From a virus: 36,270 nt of DNA. Within the stretch, counting starts at the first letter, position 1. Every line of letters begins with the position of its first letter. Both the position numbers and the translations under genes were made by a program. The stretch lies in IMG/VR virus record IMGVR_UViG_3300045988_133018. One strand, given 5' to 3'. This document shows positions 8,176 to 16,716 of the stretch, one piece after another. The notes beneath the pieces are model-generated. The model saw nothing but the letters and a program-made list of their open reading frames with translations. It was not told the origin of the DNA and did no database searches.

Positions 8176-8591
8176 AATTTGACCCTGCTTGTAACAAATT
8201 CCCGTTTAATAAGTAATTTGCCACTTTTCGTTATGTCATGGTCATGTTCTCTTTCAAAATAAATAAGTAAATCTTTTATTCTTTTTAAATTATCAATATC
8301 AATTTTTCTTTTTATATTTTCATCAATCATTTCGCTTGTAATTAAGCAAAATATTTCTGGGTCTATATTTTCTATGATATGTAAATAATTGTGGCTTGTA
8401 TTCTGCCTTAAAATTGCTCCGTTCCAATATAAATATCCTTCGCCAAGTCCAGCACCTTTACAATGCCGTCTTGGAATGATTAAATGATGATAGGACAGGT
8501 CTTGTTTTCGATTAACCTTATAACCTAGGAAGTCATACCCCAATTTCATGATTTTAAAATCATTTACCATTATTTTTGTTATTTCTTTCAT
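8172..8591 (-). CDS. HNH endonuclease, terminase-associated type
   Basis: SYHHLIIPRRH ... NGAILRQNTSHNYLH motif pattern. It is the first gene after a terminator and lies upstream of terS, as in cos-type HNH/terminase phages. Confidence 0.65.
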   Translation of the reverse strand: MKEITKIMVNDFKIMKLGYDFLGYKVNRKQDLSYHHLIIPRRHCKGAGLGEGYLYWNGAILRQNTSHNYLHIIENIDPEIFCLITSEMIDENIKRKIDIDNLKRIKDLLIYFEREHDHDITKSGKLLIKREFVTSRVKL

Positions 8592-8632
8592 ATATTGCCT
8601 CCCAAAATTCTTTTTTATAAGAACTCAATAAA

Positions 8633-8672
8633 ACCAAAAAAAGAGCGACAAAAACCATAAAAGTTGTCGCTC
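8633..8672 (-). terminator. Rho-independent terminator
   Basis: Minus-strand GAGCGACAA-12 nt loop-TTGTCGCTC (9-bp stem) followed by TTTTTTTGGTTTT. Confidence 0.6.
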
Positions 8673-8728
8673 CAATTGATAATATTAAATTTAATAAATC
8701 GCTCATATTATCACCTAGTTAGATTATA

Positions 8729-9193
8729 TCATTTTTGAGATAATAAGTCAATTATCTTTGCCCCACATTCTGATTTTTTAGTAAAGATGAATTGGCAATT
8801 GTAATCTTCTGTGTTGTTCTCTATTGTGTAGAGCATTTTCGCTAAAGTGCTTCCTTTTGTCGCTTTAGGGGACTTTTTAAGTCGCCAATTGTACCAAGTG
8901 TATAAGTCGTTTATGCAAGTTACTTTTTCATCTTCAATAAGAATTATAAGCTTAGCCCCACACTTTTTAGCAAGTTGAAGTTCTCTTTTAAATCTTTCGT
9001 GGTCTTTTGTTACATCAATTATAAGTTCTTGTATATCTTTTTTAGTGTCTATTGCGATGTTAGGGTTTTGTGGTGTGGTATAGTCACCATATGGAAGTTT
9101 CGTTCTTATAATTTCTATCCCTTGACTTTCAAAGTATTCTTCTTTAAGTTTATGCTTTCCTTTTTGTTGCCTGGTGTCGCAAAATAAAATCAT
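8729..9193 (-). CDS. Putative ERCC4/Mus81-like PD-(D/E)XK nuclease
   Basis: The YGDY...IAIDTKKDIQEL arrangement resembles the ERCC4 GDY...ERK...DL core. Judged by eye only. Confidence 0.4.
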   Translation of the reverse strand: MILFCDTRQQKGKHKLKEEYFESQGIEIIRTKLPYGDYTTPQNPNIAIDTKKDIQELIIDVTKDHERFKRELQLAKKCGAKLIILIEDEKVTCINDLYTWYNWRLKKSPKATKGSTLAKMLYTIENNTEDYNCQFIFTKKSECGAKIIDLLSQK

Positions 9194-9538
9194 TTAATTA
9201 TCCCCCTTAAAATAATCTTCTACAATTTTGTGTATGATATCGTGGCTGTTTGCTGATATATCGCAAAGTTCTTCTTCACTAAATTTCCATTCTTCATTTC
9301 CAATAAAAACATCTTTATAAACGTGCATTAATTCGTGATATAAAGTTTTTTTCTTTCTTTCAATATGTATATCTTTATTTAATAACACTCTTTGTTTAGA
9401 TAACGTTGTTAAGCCATAAAAGAAATAATCTTCGTTTACTTTGCTATTATCAGATAAATCTTTATTATACTCTTCTCTTATAGTTTTTATATCTACTTCT
9501 TCAATATACCATTCTCTATCATTCATTTTAAATTTCAT
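9194..9538 (-). CDS. Small Zn-metallopeptidase (HExxH, ImmA/IrrE-like)
   Basis: The TLYHELMHV motif is preceded by the GLT...VLLNKD pattern seen in ImmA/IrrE-type peptidases. Confidence 0.45.
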   Translation of the reverse strand: MKFKMNDREWYIEEVDIKTIREEYNKDLSDNSKVNEDYFFYGLTTLSKQRVLLNKDIHIERKKKTLYHELMHVYKDVFIGNEEWKFSEEELCDISANSHDIIHKIVEDYFKGDN

Positions 9539-10135
9539 TTAATCAACCTCATTTTCATAAATATTTCCTATTACTTTCCAAAATTTATTATTACATATTT
9601 GACTGCATTGAGATATTGAAATATTATATTTTTTAGAAATATCTTTTAAAAACATACCTAACTTTCTATCTTTCCTAATCTTACTAACAATTTCAAAATT
9701 AATTTTACTTTTAGGATTATTAATACCTGTAAATCTATCACTTGCCAATTTTCTTTGTTTAATAGTTTGTTTTCTACCATTGCTTCTATAACTATGTAAG
9801 ACATTCTCTTTTGCTGTTACCCATTCAAGATTTTCTAGTCTATTATCATTTCTAATTCCATTAATATGGTTTACTTGTGGTTTGTTTTCTGGGTTAGAAA
9901 TAAAAGAGCTTAATATCATTCTATGAACTAATCTTTTATATTTTTTACCATCAACCGTCAAATATACGCAACAATAACCATCTTTGTCTTTATATTGATG
10001 TATTTCTTTATATTTTCCACTATGATTATAATCAAATGAATATACTTTGCCATTTTTACTTACACCATATTTAGGAAATTCTTTATATATTGTCAAATCT
10101 TCATCATATACTCTAAACTTTATTTCTCTATTCAT
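9539..10135 (-). CDS. Free-standing HNH homing endonuclease
   Basis: NHINGIRNDNRLENLEWVTAKEN core plus a C-terminal helix-turn-helix-like tail. No flanking non-coding sequence. Confidence 0.8.
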   Translation of the reverse strand: MNREIKFRVYDEDLTIYKEFPKYGVSKNGKVYSFDYNHSGKYKEIHQYKDKDGYCCVYLTVDGKKYKRLVHRMILSSFISNPENKPQVNHINGIRNDNRLENLEWVTAKENVLHSYRSNGRKQTIKQRKLASDRFTGINNPKSKINFEIVSKIRKDRKLGMFLKDISKKYNISISQCSQICNNKFWKVIGNIYENEVD

Positions 10136-10491
10136 TATTCCTCGCCTTTGCTTTCTAAATATTCATTTATACAATATTTTGGTAGATGTTTAATCACTTG
10201 TTTATCAAGTTCTTCTAATGTTCCTGCAATCCAACTATTCCCATAATCACAACTTCCTGTTGATAAAGCAACATAATTTAATTGATATGTTTTATAATAT
10301 TCATCATATTTTTTATTTATAATAATACCCACTGCAATATAACTATCTCCACTCATTCTTTTATCTTCAACCATAATTAAATCTCCAACATTATAATCAT
10401 GATATTCAAAATCATCATTAAAATAATTCTTTAATCTTCCATTAAATGATAATCCTAATAATTCTCTATGATTTGCTTTCATTCTTAACAT
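10135..10491 (-). CDS. Hypothetical protein (118 aa)
   Basis: Minus-strand ORF abutting the HNH gene. Confidence 0.55.
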   Translation of the reverse strand: MLRMKANHRELLGLSFNGRLKNYFNDDFEYHDYNVGDLIMVEDKRMSGDSYIAVGIIINKKYDEYYKTYQLNYVALSTGSCDYGNSWIAGTLEELDKQVIKHLPKYCINEYLESKGEE

Positions 10492-10699
10492 CTCCTTTAT
10501 TTTTATTTATTTCTTCTTTCAATTTGTATTTAAATTTTGCTTTATCATTTTTATAAACATAATGGCCACACCAACTACATATTATTCTATCTTCTTTATT
10601 TGGAAATATAACTGAATGTCCGCATTTGCATTTGATTGTATAATCTGCTATTTTATCCATATATTGGATTGGTTTCTCTTTTTTCACTGCCATAAACAT
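10466..10699 (-). CDS. Zinc-ribbon protein (77 aa)
   Basis: CKCGH...CSWCGH four-Cys pattern. GGAGGTG RBS. Confidence 0.5.
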   Translation of the reverse strand: MFMAVKKEKPIQYMDKIADYTIKCKCGHSVIFPNKEDRIICSWCGHYVYKNDKAKFKYKLKEEINKNKGDVKNESKS

Positions 10700-10764
10700 A
10701 TTAACACCTCCACATTCCTTATTTTTAGCCCCATAGAACGACTTTTTAATATGTTCTAGTACAA

Positions 10765-10911
10765 TTACACTCTAAACATACTTTTGCTCGTTACAACGAG
10801 CTTTTGACTATATTTTAATTTTGTTAATCTTTTTCTAAACAAATACTCACTTTCGTATCGTTCTTCCCAACTTTTGTCGGTTGTTCTATCATATATGTTT
10901 ATAAAGTACAT
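10765..10911 (-). CDS. Possible small protein (48 aa)
   Basis: GAGGTG RBS followed by an ATG at 10911. Translation MYFINIYDRTTDKSWEERYESEYLFRKRLTKLKYSQKLVVTSKSMFRV. Fills an otherwise empty 225-bp gap. Confidence 0.3.
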   Translation of the reverse strand: MYFINIYDRTTDKSWEERYESEYLFRKRLTKLKYSQKLVVTSKSMFRV

Positions 10912-10924
10912 TTTAACACCTCAT

Positions 10925-11482
10925 TTAAACATTATTTTTAAATTTCCAAATATATCCACCTGTACTTTTTCTTTTATTTTTACAACAGTTTGAAATATTA
11001 GATATACTTATTCTAGTTTCCTTTTCAATGTCTAACATACAATCCCATTCTTTTATAAAATTTCCATCTAAATCATATTGTAAAATTATTTTTCTAAATT
11101 TTGATTTTTTGCCATATAAATGGTGTTTATTTCCTTTATAATTTTTTGGTCCATGTGGAATACATAAATTATTTTTCCAAGCATGTATTGAATTTTCTTT
11201 ATTAGTACACCATTCTAAATTTTCTACTCTATTATCTTGTTTGTTTCCATTAATATGGTTTACTTGTGGTTTGTTTTCTGGATTTTGTATAAATGTTTCT
11301 GCAACTAATCTATGTATTAAATATTTTTTATTATCTTTAAGACCTATTCTATAATAACCATGTTTTGTTATATAAGGATTTATTATTTTATTTTTATATA
11401 TACTAAATATATCACCATAATCAGAAATATAATAATCATTTTCAAATTTTTGCAATGGTTTCCATATTTTATTTTTATTCAT
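10925..11482 (-). CDS. Free-standing HNH homing endonuclease (paralog of 9539..10135)
   Basis: [23 protein letters not shown] core. Shares a 35-bp identical DNA stretch with the other HNH gene. Confidence 0.8.
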   Translation of the reverse strand: MNKNKIWKPLQKFENDYYISDYGDIFSIYKNKIINPYITKHGYYRIGLKDNKKYLIHRLVAETFIQNPENKPQVNHINGNKQDNRVENLEWCTNKENSIHAWKNNLCIPHGPKNYKGNKHHLYGKKSKFRKIILQYDLDGNFIKEWDCMLDIEKETRISISNISNCCKNKRKSTGGYIWKFKNNV

Positions 11483-11486
11483 TTAA

Positions 11487-12698
11487 TCACACCTTTATTG
11501 TAAATCTTTGTTTAGTCTTATCAAATATAACAGGTATTCTTACGTTCCTTTTGCCGCCACGACATTTTGGAATTAAGAAACCTATTTCTTTAACATCAGC
11601 ATTATCTTCTTTGTTTTCATCGTGTATAAGAATAATTGTGTCTGCTGTTTGTTCTATTTCTCCACTGTCTTTTAAATCTTGCATTGTTGGAGTATCACTA
11701 CCATTTCTATTTATTTGTGCTATTAAGAATATGGTGCAATCATAGTCTTTGGTAATATTATTTAACTCCCTTACCGCCTCGCCAATTCTTTCTCGGTCGT
11801 TTTGTCCTTGCTTACCAACTATATAACCTGTGTAATCAATAAACACTATGCAATGTTCATCTCGTTGCTCTTTAATAATCTTATTTTTCATTGCGTGGAC
11901 TGTCTTGCTACCATTAATGACTTCATATTTATAATTGTAAATCTTGTTAGCCACTTCCATTATTTTTTGGTCTTGATATTCAGTTTGTGGTTTATTAATA
12001 TCGGCAATTGGAATATTTGCCTCAATTCCTAGCATTCTCTCATAAACTTCTTCTTCGGTCATTTCCATATTGAAATAAATACATTTATATTCTTTCGCCA
12101 AATCACAGAATAAATTTAATGCTAATGCTGACTTACCTTCACTTGGTCTTGCTCCAATAACATTGACAGTTTTCTTTTTTATTCTCAGCTTTTCATTTAA
12201 AGCCCAGAACCTTGGAAACTTGATTATCTTTTCTCTATTTCTAATCATTCTAATCATTTCTTCTGGAGTTACTTTATTATTTTGCTTAATAACCATAACT
12301 TCATTTGAAATTTTATTAATGTTTTCTACAAGTTCATCAAGTTCAATTTGTTTATTGGAATATTTTTTTATTTCTTGCTTAATTAAATCATCTTTGTGTT
12401 GGTCTATTAATTTTTGCTGATATTCATAAAACATTGCTGGAGTTGGTAACAAATTAATTTTATCAAGAAAATATTCTATAAATTGATTTTTTTCATAATC
12501 AGTTTTTAATTCACTAACTATCAATGTTAAATCTAATTTTTTATATTTTTTATAAACTTCTTTTAAAAGCAATAGAACTCTTTTGTTGTATGTATTTTTA
12601 AAACAGTCTAAATCAATAAACAATTCTTCTATCAAACTGTCTTTCAAAAACAAACAACACATTAAGTTACTTTCAATTTCATAATCATATTGTTTCAT
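11487..12698 (-). CDS. DnaB-type replicative helicase
   Basis: Walker A GARPSEGKS and Walker B-like CIVFIDYTGY. 403 aa with the N-terminal DnaB-like domain. Confidence 0.8.
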   Translation of the reverse strand: MKQYDYEIESNLMCCLFLKDSLIEELFIDLDCFKNTYNKRVLLLLKEVYKKYKKLDLTLIVSELKTDYEKNQFIEYFLDKINLLPTPAMFYEYQQKLIDQHKDDLIKQEIKKYSNKQIELDELVENINKISNEVMVIKQNNKVTPEEMIRMIRNREKIIKFPRFWALNEKLRIKKKTVNVIGARPSEGKSALALNLFCDLAKEYKCIYFNMEMTEEEVYERMLGIEANIPIADINKPQTEYQDQKIMEVANKIYNYKYEVINGSKTVHAMKNKIIKEQRDEHCIVFIDYTGYIVGKQGQNDRERIGEAVRELNNITKDYDCTIFLIAQINRNGSDTPTMQDLKDSGEIEQTADTIILIHDENKEDNADVKEIGFLIPKCRGGKRNVRIPVIFDKTKQRFTIKV

Positions 12699-13332
12699 AG
12701 ACTACACTCTCTTTTTTATTATCATTTTCTTTTTTCGGTGGATAAAACTCTCTATAGCCATTTTTAATAGCTTTTTTTATAATTTGTTCTTGTTCTTTTT
12801 TGCTATATGGTTTTAAAAATAATATAAGTTCATCTATAACATTTTGATTATTAGGTATTCTTATACTTTTTCTATAATTAAAATATTCTAATAATAATTC
12901 TATTATATTATTTAATTTATTATTATTTATATATTCTAATATATTATTTTTATTTATATTTTCATTTTCATTTTCCATATGTTTAACATATGAAAAACAT
13001 ATGTTTTCAAAAGTTATCTTATTTTTCCTATTTTCACTTCTTGATTTTGAGTAGTTTCTTCTCTTATCAATTTCCTTTTGGAGCCTTATATTATAATATT
13101 TTCCATCATTATCTTTTATAAATTTATCAAAGATATCTTTATCATATCTTTTACATATGTTTAACATATCTTTTTCTGATAAATGTCCTTTTTGATGTTG
13201 TATGCACAATAATTTTATGTATTTTCCTAATTGAATATCGCTCATAAACATCGTACCAGTAAGAAAATCACTTGAATAAAATAAGAATGCTGGGTCTTTA
13301 TTTTCATATTGCTCTTTATTTGATTCTTCCAT
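12685..13332 (-). CDS. DUF1376 (YdaU)-like replication-associated protein, putative initiator or organiser
   Basis: The N-terminal DPAFLFYSSDFLTGTMFMSDIQLGKYIKLL pattern is typical of DUF1376. Lies directly upstream of the helicase gene. Contains two iteron clusters. Confidence 0.5.
   Translation of the reverse strand: MEESNKEQYENKDPAFLFYSSDFLTGTMFMSDIQLGKYIKLLCIQHQKGHLSEKDMLNICKRYDKDIFDKFIKDNDGKYYNIRLQKEIDKRRNYSKSRSENRKNKITFENICFSYVKHMENENENINKNNILEYINNNKLNNIIELLLEYFNYRKSIRIPNNQNVIDELILFLKPYSKKEQEQIIKKAIKNGYREFYPPKKENDNKKESVVYETI
12976..13003. repeat. Iteron cluster A: CATATG x3 at exact 11-bp phasing
   Basis: CATATG starts at 12976, 12987 and 12998, inside ORF 12685..13332. Confidence 0.8.
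13143..13170. repeat. Iteron cluster A2: CATAT(C/G) x3 at exact 11-bp phasing
   Basis: Motif starts at 13143, 13154 and 13165, inside ORF 12685..13332. Confidence 0.8.
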
Positions 13333-13334
13333 TT

Positions 13335-13484
13335 TTATTTTCCTTTCTTAACTGGTATTAATACAATTTTATCTTGATGAACTTCTAAATAATATTCTTT
13401 TCCAAAATTTTCAGTAACAACTTTTGGAATAAAAATTTTACCATTGCTGTCAACTTTTTTAAAAAATCTAATTAACATTTTCAT
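13335..13484 (-). CDS. AbrB/SpoVT/MazE-like small DNA-binding protein (49 aa)
   Basis: Hand translation gives MKMLIRFFKKVDSNGKIFIPKVVTENFGKEYYLEVHQDKIVLIPVKKGK, with a looped-hinge-helix style D..G+I.IPK motif. AGGAG RBS. Confidence 0.45.
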   Translation of the reverse strand: MKMLIRFFKKVDSNGKIFIPKVVTENFGKEYYLEVHQDKIVLIPVKKGK

Positions 13485-13512
13485 ATCTCCTTTCTATTTT
13501 TAGTACAATTTA

Positions 13513-13541
13513 ATATTATAATATTTTTTTATAAAAGTCAA
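13513..13541 (-). promoter_or_regulatory. Candidate SigA-type promoter, TTGACT-17 nt-TAATAT (or 15 nt-TATAAT)
   Basis: Minus-strand reading is TTGACTtttataaaaaaatatTATAATat, just downstream of a terminator. Confidence 0.45.
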
Positions 13542-13551
13542 TACTTTTTTT

Positions 13552-13581
13552 ATATAAAAAAAGAACTTTTTCAAGTTCTTT
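13552..13581 (-). terminator. Rho-independent terminator
   Basis: 9-bp stem (AAAGAACTT/AAGTTCTTT) with a 4-nt loop, followed by TTTT on the minus strand. Lies 8 nt after the stop at 13589. Confidence 0.6.
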
Positions 13582-13588
13582 AATTTTA

Positions 13589-14197
13589 TTAAAATGGTAA
13601 ATCGTTTTCACTAAATTCAACAGTATTCCCAAAGTCGCTAAATGGTTCATTATTTTTGCTATTAATATATTCCTCGTAATCTACATAAGAATTATCAAGT
13701 TTTTTAACTTTAGGAATTTTAATATTATCAACTTTATCAATACTTCTAAATTCCCTTAATTTATTGACAGTTTTTAGCTCTCCTGCTTGGTTCTCATATT
13801 CTTCCATTCCAAATACTAATCCTATTTTTTTGCCTGTTAATTGTTCCCAATTTTTGTTCCAATCAAATTGACAACCATTAGAATTTTCATAAGCTGTAAT
13901 AAATGCCTTAAGCATTTTAACTTGGTTTTCTTCTTCCCCTAGTGGAACATATTTAATTGCTGAATTGCTCCATTTTCTATCAATTCTAGTGTCATTTTTA
14001 TATTGTTCTTTAAAATATTCAGGTTGTTTATCGTCTTTAGCAGTATCTACGCTAACTTTTAAAGAAGTCTTTCCACTTTGTGGGCTAGTATATTCTTCTG
14101 CTTTCATTATTATTCCTTTGTGACCACCCAATTCAATTGGAGTAAAATCAAATTCCATTACTTCTACATTATCATAATTGCTTGGTTTCTTTATCAT
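13589..14197 (-). CDS. DUF669-like phage protein (putative ssDNA-binding partner of a Sak4-type ATPase)
   Basis: Lies directly after the ATPase gene. The N-terminal PIELGGHKGIIMKAEEYTSPQSGKTSLKVSV pattern resembles DUF669. Confidence 0.45.
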   Translation of the reverse strand: MIKKPSNYDNVEVMEFDFTPIELGGHKGIIMKAEEYTSPQSGKTSLKVSVDTAKDDKQPEYFKEQYKNDTRIDRKWSNSAIKYVPLGEEENQVKMLKAFITAYENSNGCQFDWNKNWEQLTGKKIGLVFGMEEYENQAGELKTVNKLREFRSIDKVDNIKIPKVKKLDNSYVDYEEYINSKNNEPFSDFGNTVEFSENDLPF

Positions 14198-15702
14198 TAT
14201 TTTTCTTCCTCATCTTTCTTTTCTTCTTCTTTATTTATTTCATAATATTCACAGATAGTATCATCTACTAATTTTAAATCATTGTCAATTAATTCTTCTT
14301 CAAACATTCCCATAGGTGTTTTAACAATATCATTTCCAGCTGTTTTAGTTCTAAATTGGAACTTGCCATTTTCATTAATTGCTCTTAATACTATTGTATA
14401 GAGCCCCTCAACGCAACATTGATTTGACAACATTTTTCCAACAGTCTTAACTCCTATATTTCCAAATTCATCAATTTCTTCATGGCTCATAAGATAGACT
14501 CTTTTATCTCCGCCAAGATTTTTAATAAAATCAATCAATTTCCAATAATTTAAAGCAATATCTGTAAATTTGCCATAGCCTGTTTCTTTTGTCTTTTTCA
14601 TCATTTCCATAGTTAATAAATAATTACTATCATCTATAACTATAATATCTTTTGGTGTTTCTTGAATAAACTTTTTAATTAATTCATAATCACAACTTTC
14701 AAGCCCTGTTTGTCCCCCTTTAAAAGGTAATCTTTTTGCAAGTGGATTTACTAAACTATATTCTTCTTTCTTTAAATTTCTTAAACTAGCACTCTTACCA
14801 CTACCAGAGTGTCCTATAATTAATACTGGAATGCATTTTCCCATTTTTCTTTCCCTCCTCATTTCTAGCATTAATTCTGCTTTTTCTTTTTCATAAGGTA
14901 TTTGAATAACCTCGTAATTGTCTTTATTTTCAGTTAAATATACTATTTCAGTCCTTAATACTGGAATACCTACCAATTCTTGTAAAATGTACTTATAAAT
15001 GCTTAATTGTATCTTATAATGCTCGTAAGAATTATCTAGCGTGTCTTGAAATGGTATCATCATATATTTTTTATAAACTTTTTTATCTGGATTGTTAAAA
15101 TATCCGTCCATATATGAGTTAGTTTTATAATCAACTATTACAACACCTTTATCAACTATATCATAAAATAAATGGTCAATAGCCGAACTGATATCTGCCC
15201 ACTCAACACCAATTAATAATTCATCTTTGATGTGTATATATCGGTCTTTATAATCATTGTAATAATTATTTGAGTGATGTTTTATTTTTTTAACTACTTC
15301 AAGATATTCTTTTGAGTTATCAAAAGGTCTTAAATACCATTCTTCACCACTAAATAATGACTGAGTGTATTCATGTATTGTTGTACCTTTTTCACAACTA
15401 AAATCACGTTTATAATGCCATTCTTCAATTATTTTAAATACATCGGTTTCTAAAGTGCTAGCATATTCTATATCTTCATGCTCAATTAATGGATTTCTAT
15501 AAATATCATTAATTTTCTTTTGATTGCTATTTGCCACCATTTCAGCAACTTTTTGTTCATCAAATTTATTAGCATAAAGTCCAATAAGTGAAGTAACACC
15601 AATTCCTACCTTTTTGCCATCGCAATAATAAGTATGCGTATTTTCTTCAAAAGTATATTTATCAAACACCTTTAGCTTTTGCTTAACTTCTTCAAGTGTC
15701 AT
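14197..15702 (-). CDS. Fusion protein: RecB/Cas4-type PD-(D/E)XK nuclease plus a Sak4-like P-loop ATPase
   Basis: N-terminal half has IVDYKT and QLSIYKY motifs. C-terminal half has Walker A GHSGSGKS and Walker B-like IIVIDDS. The track ORF begins at TTG 15723, but the ATG at 15702 sits 1 nt after the upstream stop and is preferred. Confidence 0.6.
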   Translation of the reverse strand: MTLEEVKQKLKVFDKYTFEENTHTYYCDGKKVGIGVTSLIGLYANKFDEQKVAEMVANSNQKKINDIYRNPLIEHEDIEYASTLETDVFKIIEEWHYKRDFSCEKGTTIHEYTQSLFSGEEWYLRPFDNSKEYLEVVKKIKHHSNNYYNDYKDRYIHIKDELLIGVEWADISSAIDHLFYDIVDKGVVIVDYKTNSYMDGYFNNPDKKVYKKYMMIPFQDTLDNSYEHYKIQLSIYKYILQELVGIPVLRTEIVYLTENKDNYEVIQIPYEKEKAELMLEMRRERKMGKCIPVLIIGHSGSGKSASLRNLKKEEYSLVNPLAKRLPFKGGQTGLESCDYELIKKFIQETPKDIIVIDDSNYLLTMEMMKKTKETGYGKFTDIALNYWKLIDFIKNLGGDKRVYLMSHEEIDEFGNIGVKTVGKMLSNQCCVEGLYTIVLRAINENGKFQFRTKTAGNDIVKTPMGMFEEELIDNDLKLVDDTICEYYEINKEEEKKDEEEK

Positions 15703-15703
15703 C

Positions 15704-15829
15704 TTATTTTTTCCTTTCAGCAATAATTGACTTTAAATAAGAACTTAGCGACATATCTCTTTCTTTTGCCTCTTTTTGTAATTGCTCTTTGAGTTCACAA
15801 CTAACTTTAAAGATTATTGTATCTTTCAT
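15704..15829 (-). CDS. Ribbon-helix-helix (CopG-like) protein, 41 aa
   Basis: Hand translation gives MKDTIIFKVSCELKEQLQKEAKERDMSLSSYLKSIIAERKK. GGAGG RBS. It is the first gene after a consensus-like promoter. Confidence 0.5.
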   Translation of the reverse strand: MKDTIIFKVSCELKEQLQKEAKERDMSLSSYLKSIIAERKK

Positions 15830-15851
15830 TTTCTACCTCCTTACACTTAAA

Positions 15852-15880
15852 ATTATAACATATTTTATATACTTTTGCAA
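15852..15880 (-). promoter_or_regulatory. SigA-type promoter, TTGCAA-17 nt-TATAAT
   Basis: Minus-strand reading is TTGCAAaagtatataaaatatgtTATAAT, with the spacer counted as 17 nt. Confidence 0.6.
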
Positions 15881-15904
15881 TACTTTTTTTATACTGTTTA
15901 TATA

Positions 15905-16087
15905 CTAATTTTGTGGATACCTAACTACGCAATTTTCATTTTGCCTTATTACTACTTCTTTATTTTCCAAACTCTTAACATAGTCTGTTATCCATTTTTT
16001 ATACTCTTCTATATTTCTTTTATCTTCATATCCTAGCATTGAACCATTAACTAAATTTGCTAGTCCTATTAAATATTTATCCTTCAT
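15905..16087 (-). CDS. Hypothetical protein (60 aa)
   Basis: Minus-strand ORF in the early region. Confidence 0.5.
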   Translation of the reverse strand: MKDKYLIGLANLVNGSMLGYEDKRNIEEYKKWITDYVKSLENKEVVIRQNENCVVRYPQN

Positions 16088-16275
16088 TTATTATTTACTC
16101 CTCTCTATAAGGTTTATGCGAAATATTATTATAAAATTCGTTTAATAGCAATTCGTAACATTCTTTTTCGTGCAATGTGTTTAAAATGCTTGTAAAAAAG
16201 CTCAATATAATTAAAAAATAGCCAGCATATAACATTATAACTATTAATTTTAGTCAGTTACTCATGTTTATTAAT

Positions 16276-16455
16276 TTATCTTTTAACAATTTCCCAATTT
16301 TCGGGATGCTTAAATTTTTTTAATTGAATATTTGCTTGCTGTTTATCAAATTTTGTTGCGTCAAGTATATTTCGTACATAATGATGATAATTTAATGCTT
16401 TATATTTCTTTAAAAAAGCTCCATTTATTTTATGCCTTAATATATATTTTACCAT
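16276..16455 (-). CDS. Hypothetical protein (59 aa)
   Basis: GGGAG RBS followed by an ATG at 16455, 4 nt after the upstream stop. One residue under the track cutoff. Confidence 0.4.
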   Translation of the reverse strand: MVKYILRHKINGAFLKKYKALNYHHYVRNILDATKFDKQQANIQLKKFKHPENWEIVKR

Positions 16456-16458
16456 TTT

Positions 16459-16716
16459 TTACTCCCTATAATCGTTTAAAATTCTTTTTACATCTTCATC
16501 AATAATTTGCTTTTCTAAATATCTGCTAATAAAATTAGATAATATTTTAATATCTTCAACTAAATACTTGTTTTTGTCAATCAATCTAATATTTGCTTTA
16601 ACCATTTGACTATTTTCTCTTTTCATCTCTCTAAAAAAATCTTTTATTTTTTTATCATTATTTTTTAAGTTTATTGTGCTGGAACCATTTATCAGTTCTA
16701 ATATTTCTTTTTCCAT
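16459..16716 (-). CDS. Hypothetical protein (85 aa)
   Basis: Minus-strand ORF downstream of the XRE gene. Confidence 0.55.
   Translation of the reverse strand: MEKEILELINGSSTINLKNNDKKIKDFFREMKRENSQMVKANIRLIDKNKYLVEDIKILSNFISRYLEKQIIDEDVKRILNDYRE

Noticed and set aside
8560-8706. 48-aa hydrophobic micro-ORF (MSDLLNLILSIGATTFMVFVALFLVLL...) in the gap before the HNH gene
   Set aside because: Its hydrophobic core is the translation of a 9-bp-stem terminator hairpin plus its U-run. It also runs 30 nt into the next gene. The terminator interpretation explains the sequence better.
10783-10806. Hairpin GCTCGTT-GTA-AACGAGC as a terminator after the HNH gene
   Set aside because: On the minus strand it is not followed by a U-run, and it lies inside a plausible 48-aa ORF. 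It was left unannotated.
15703-15723. TTG start at 15723 for the nuclease-ATPase ORF
   Set aside because: It would overlap the end of the RHH gene. The ATG at 15702 lies 1 nt after that gene's TAA and is the more economical start.
16098-16235. 45-aa minus-strand ORF (MLYAGYFLIILSFFTSILNTLHEKECYELL...)
   Set aside because: There is no SD-like sequence upstream of its ATG and no coupling to neighbours. Evidence is insufficient.
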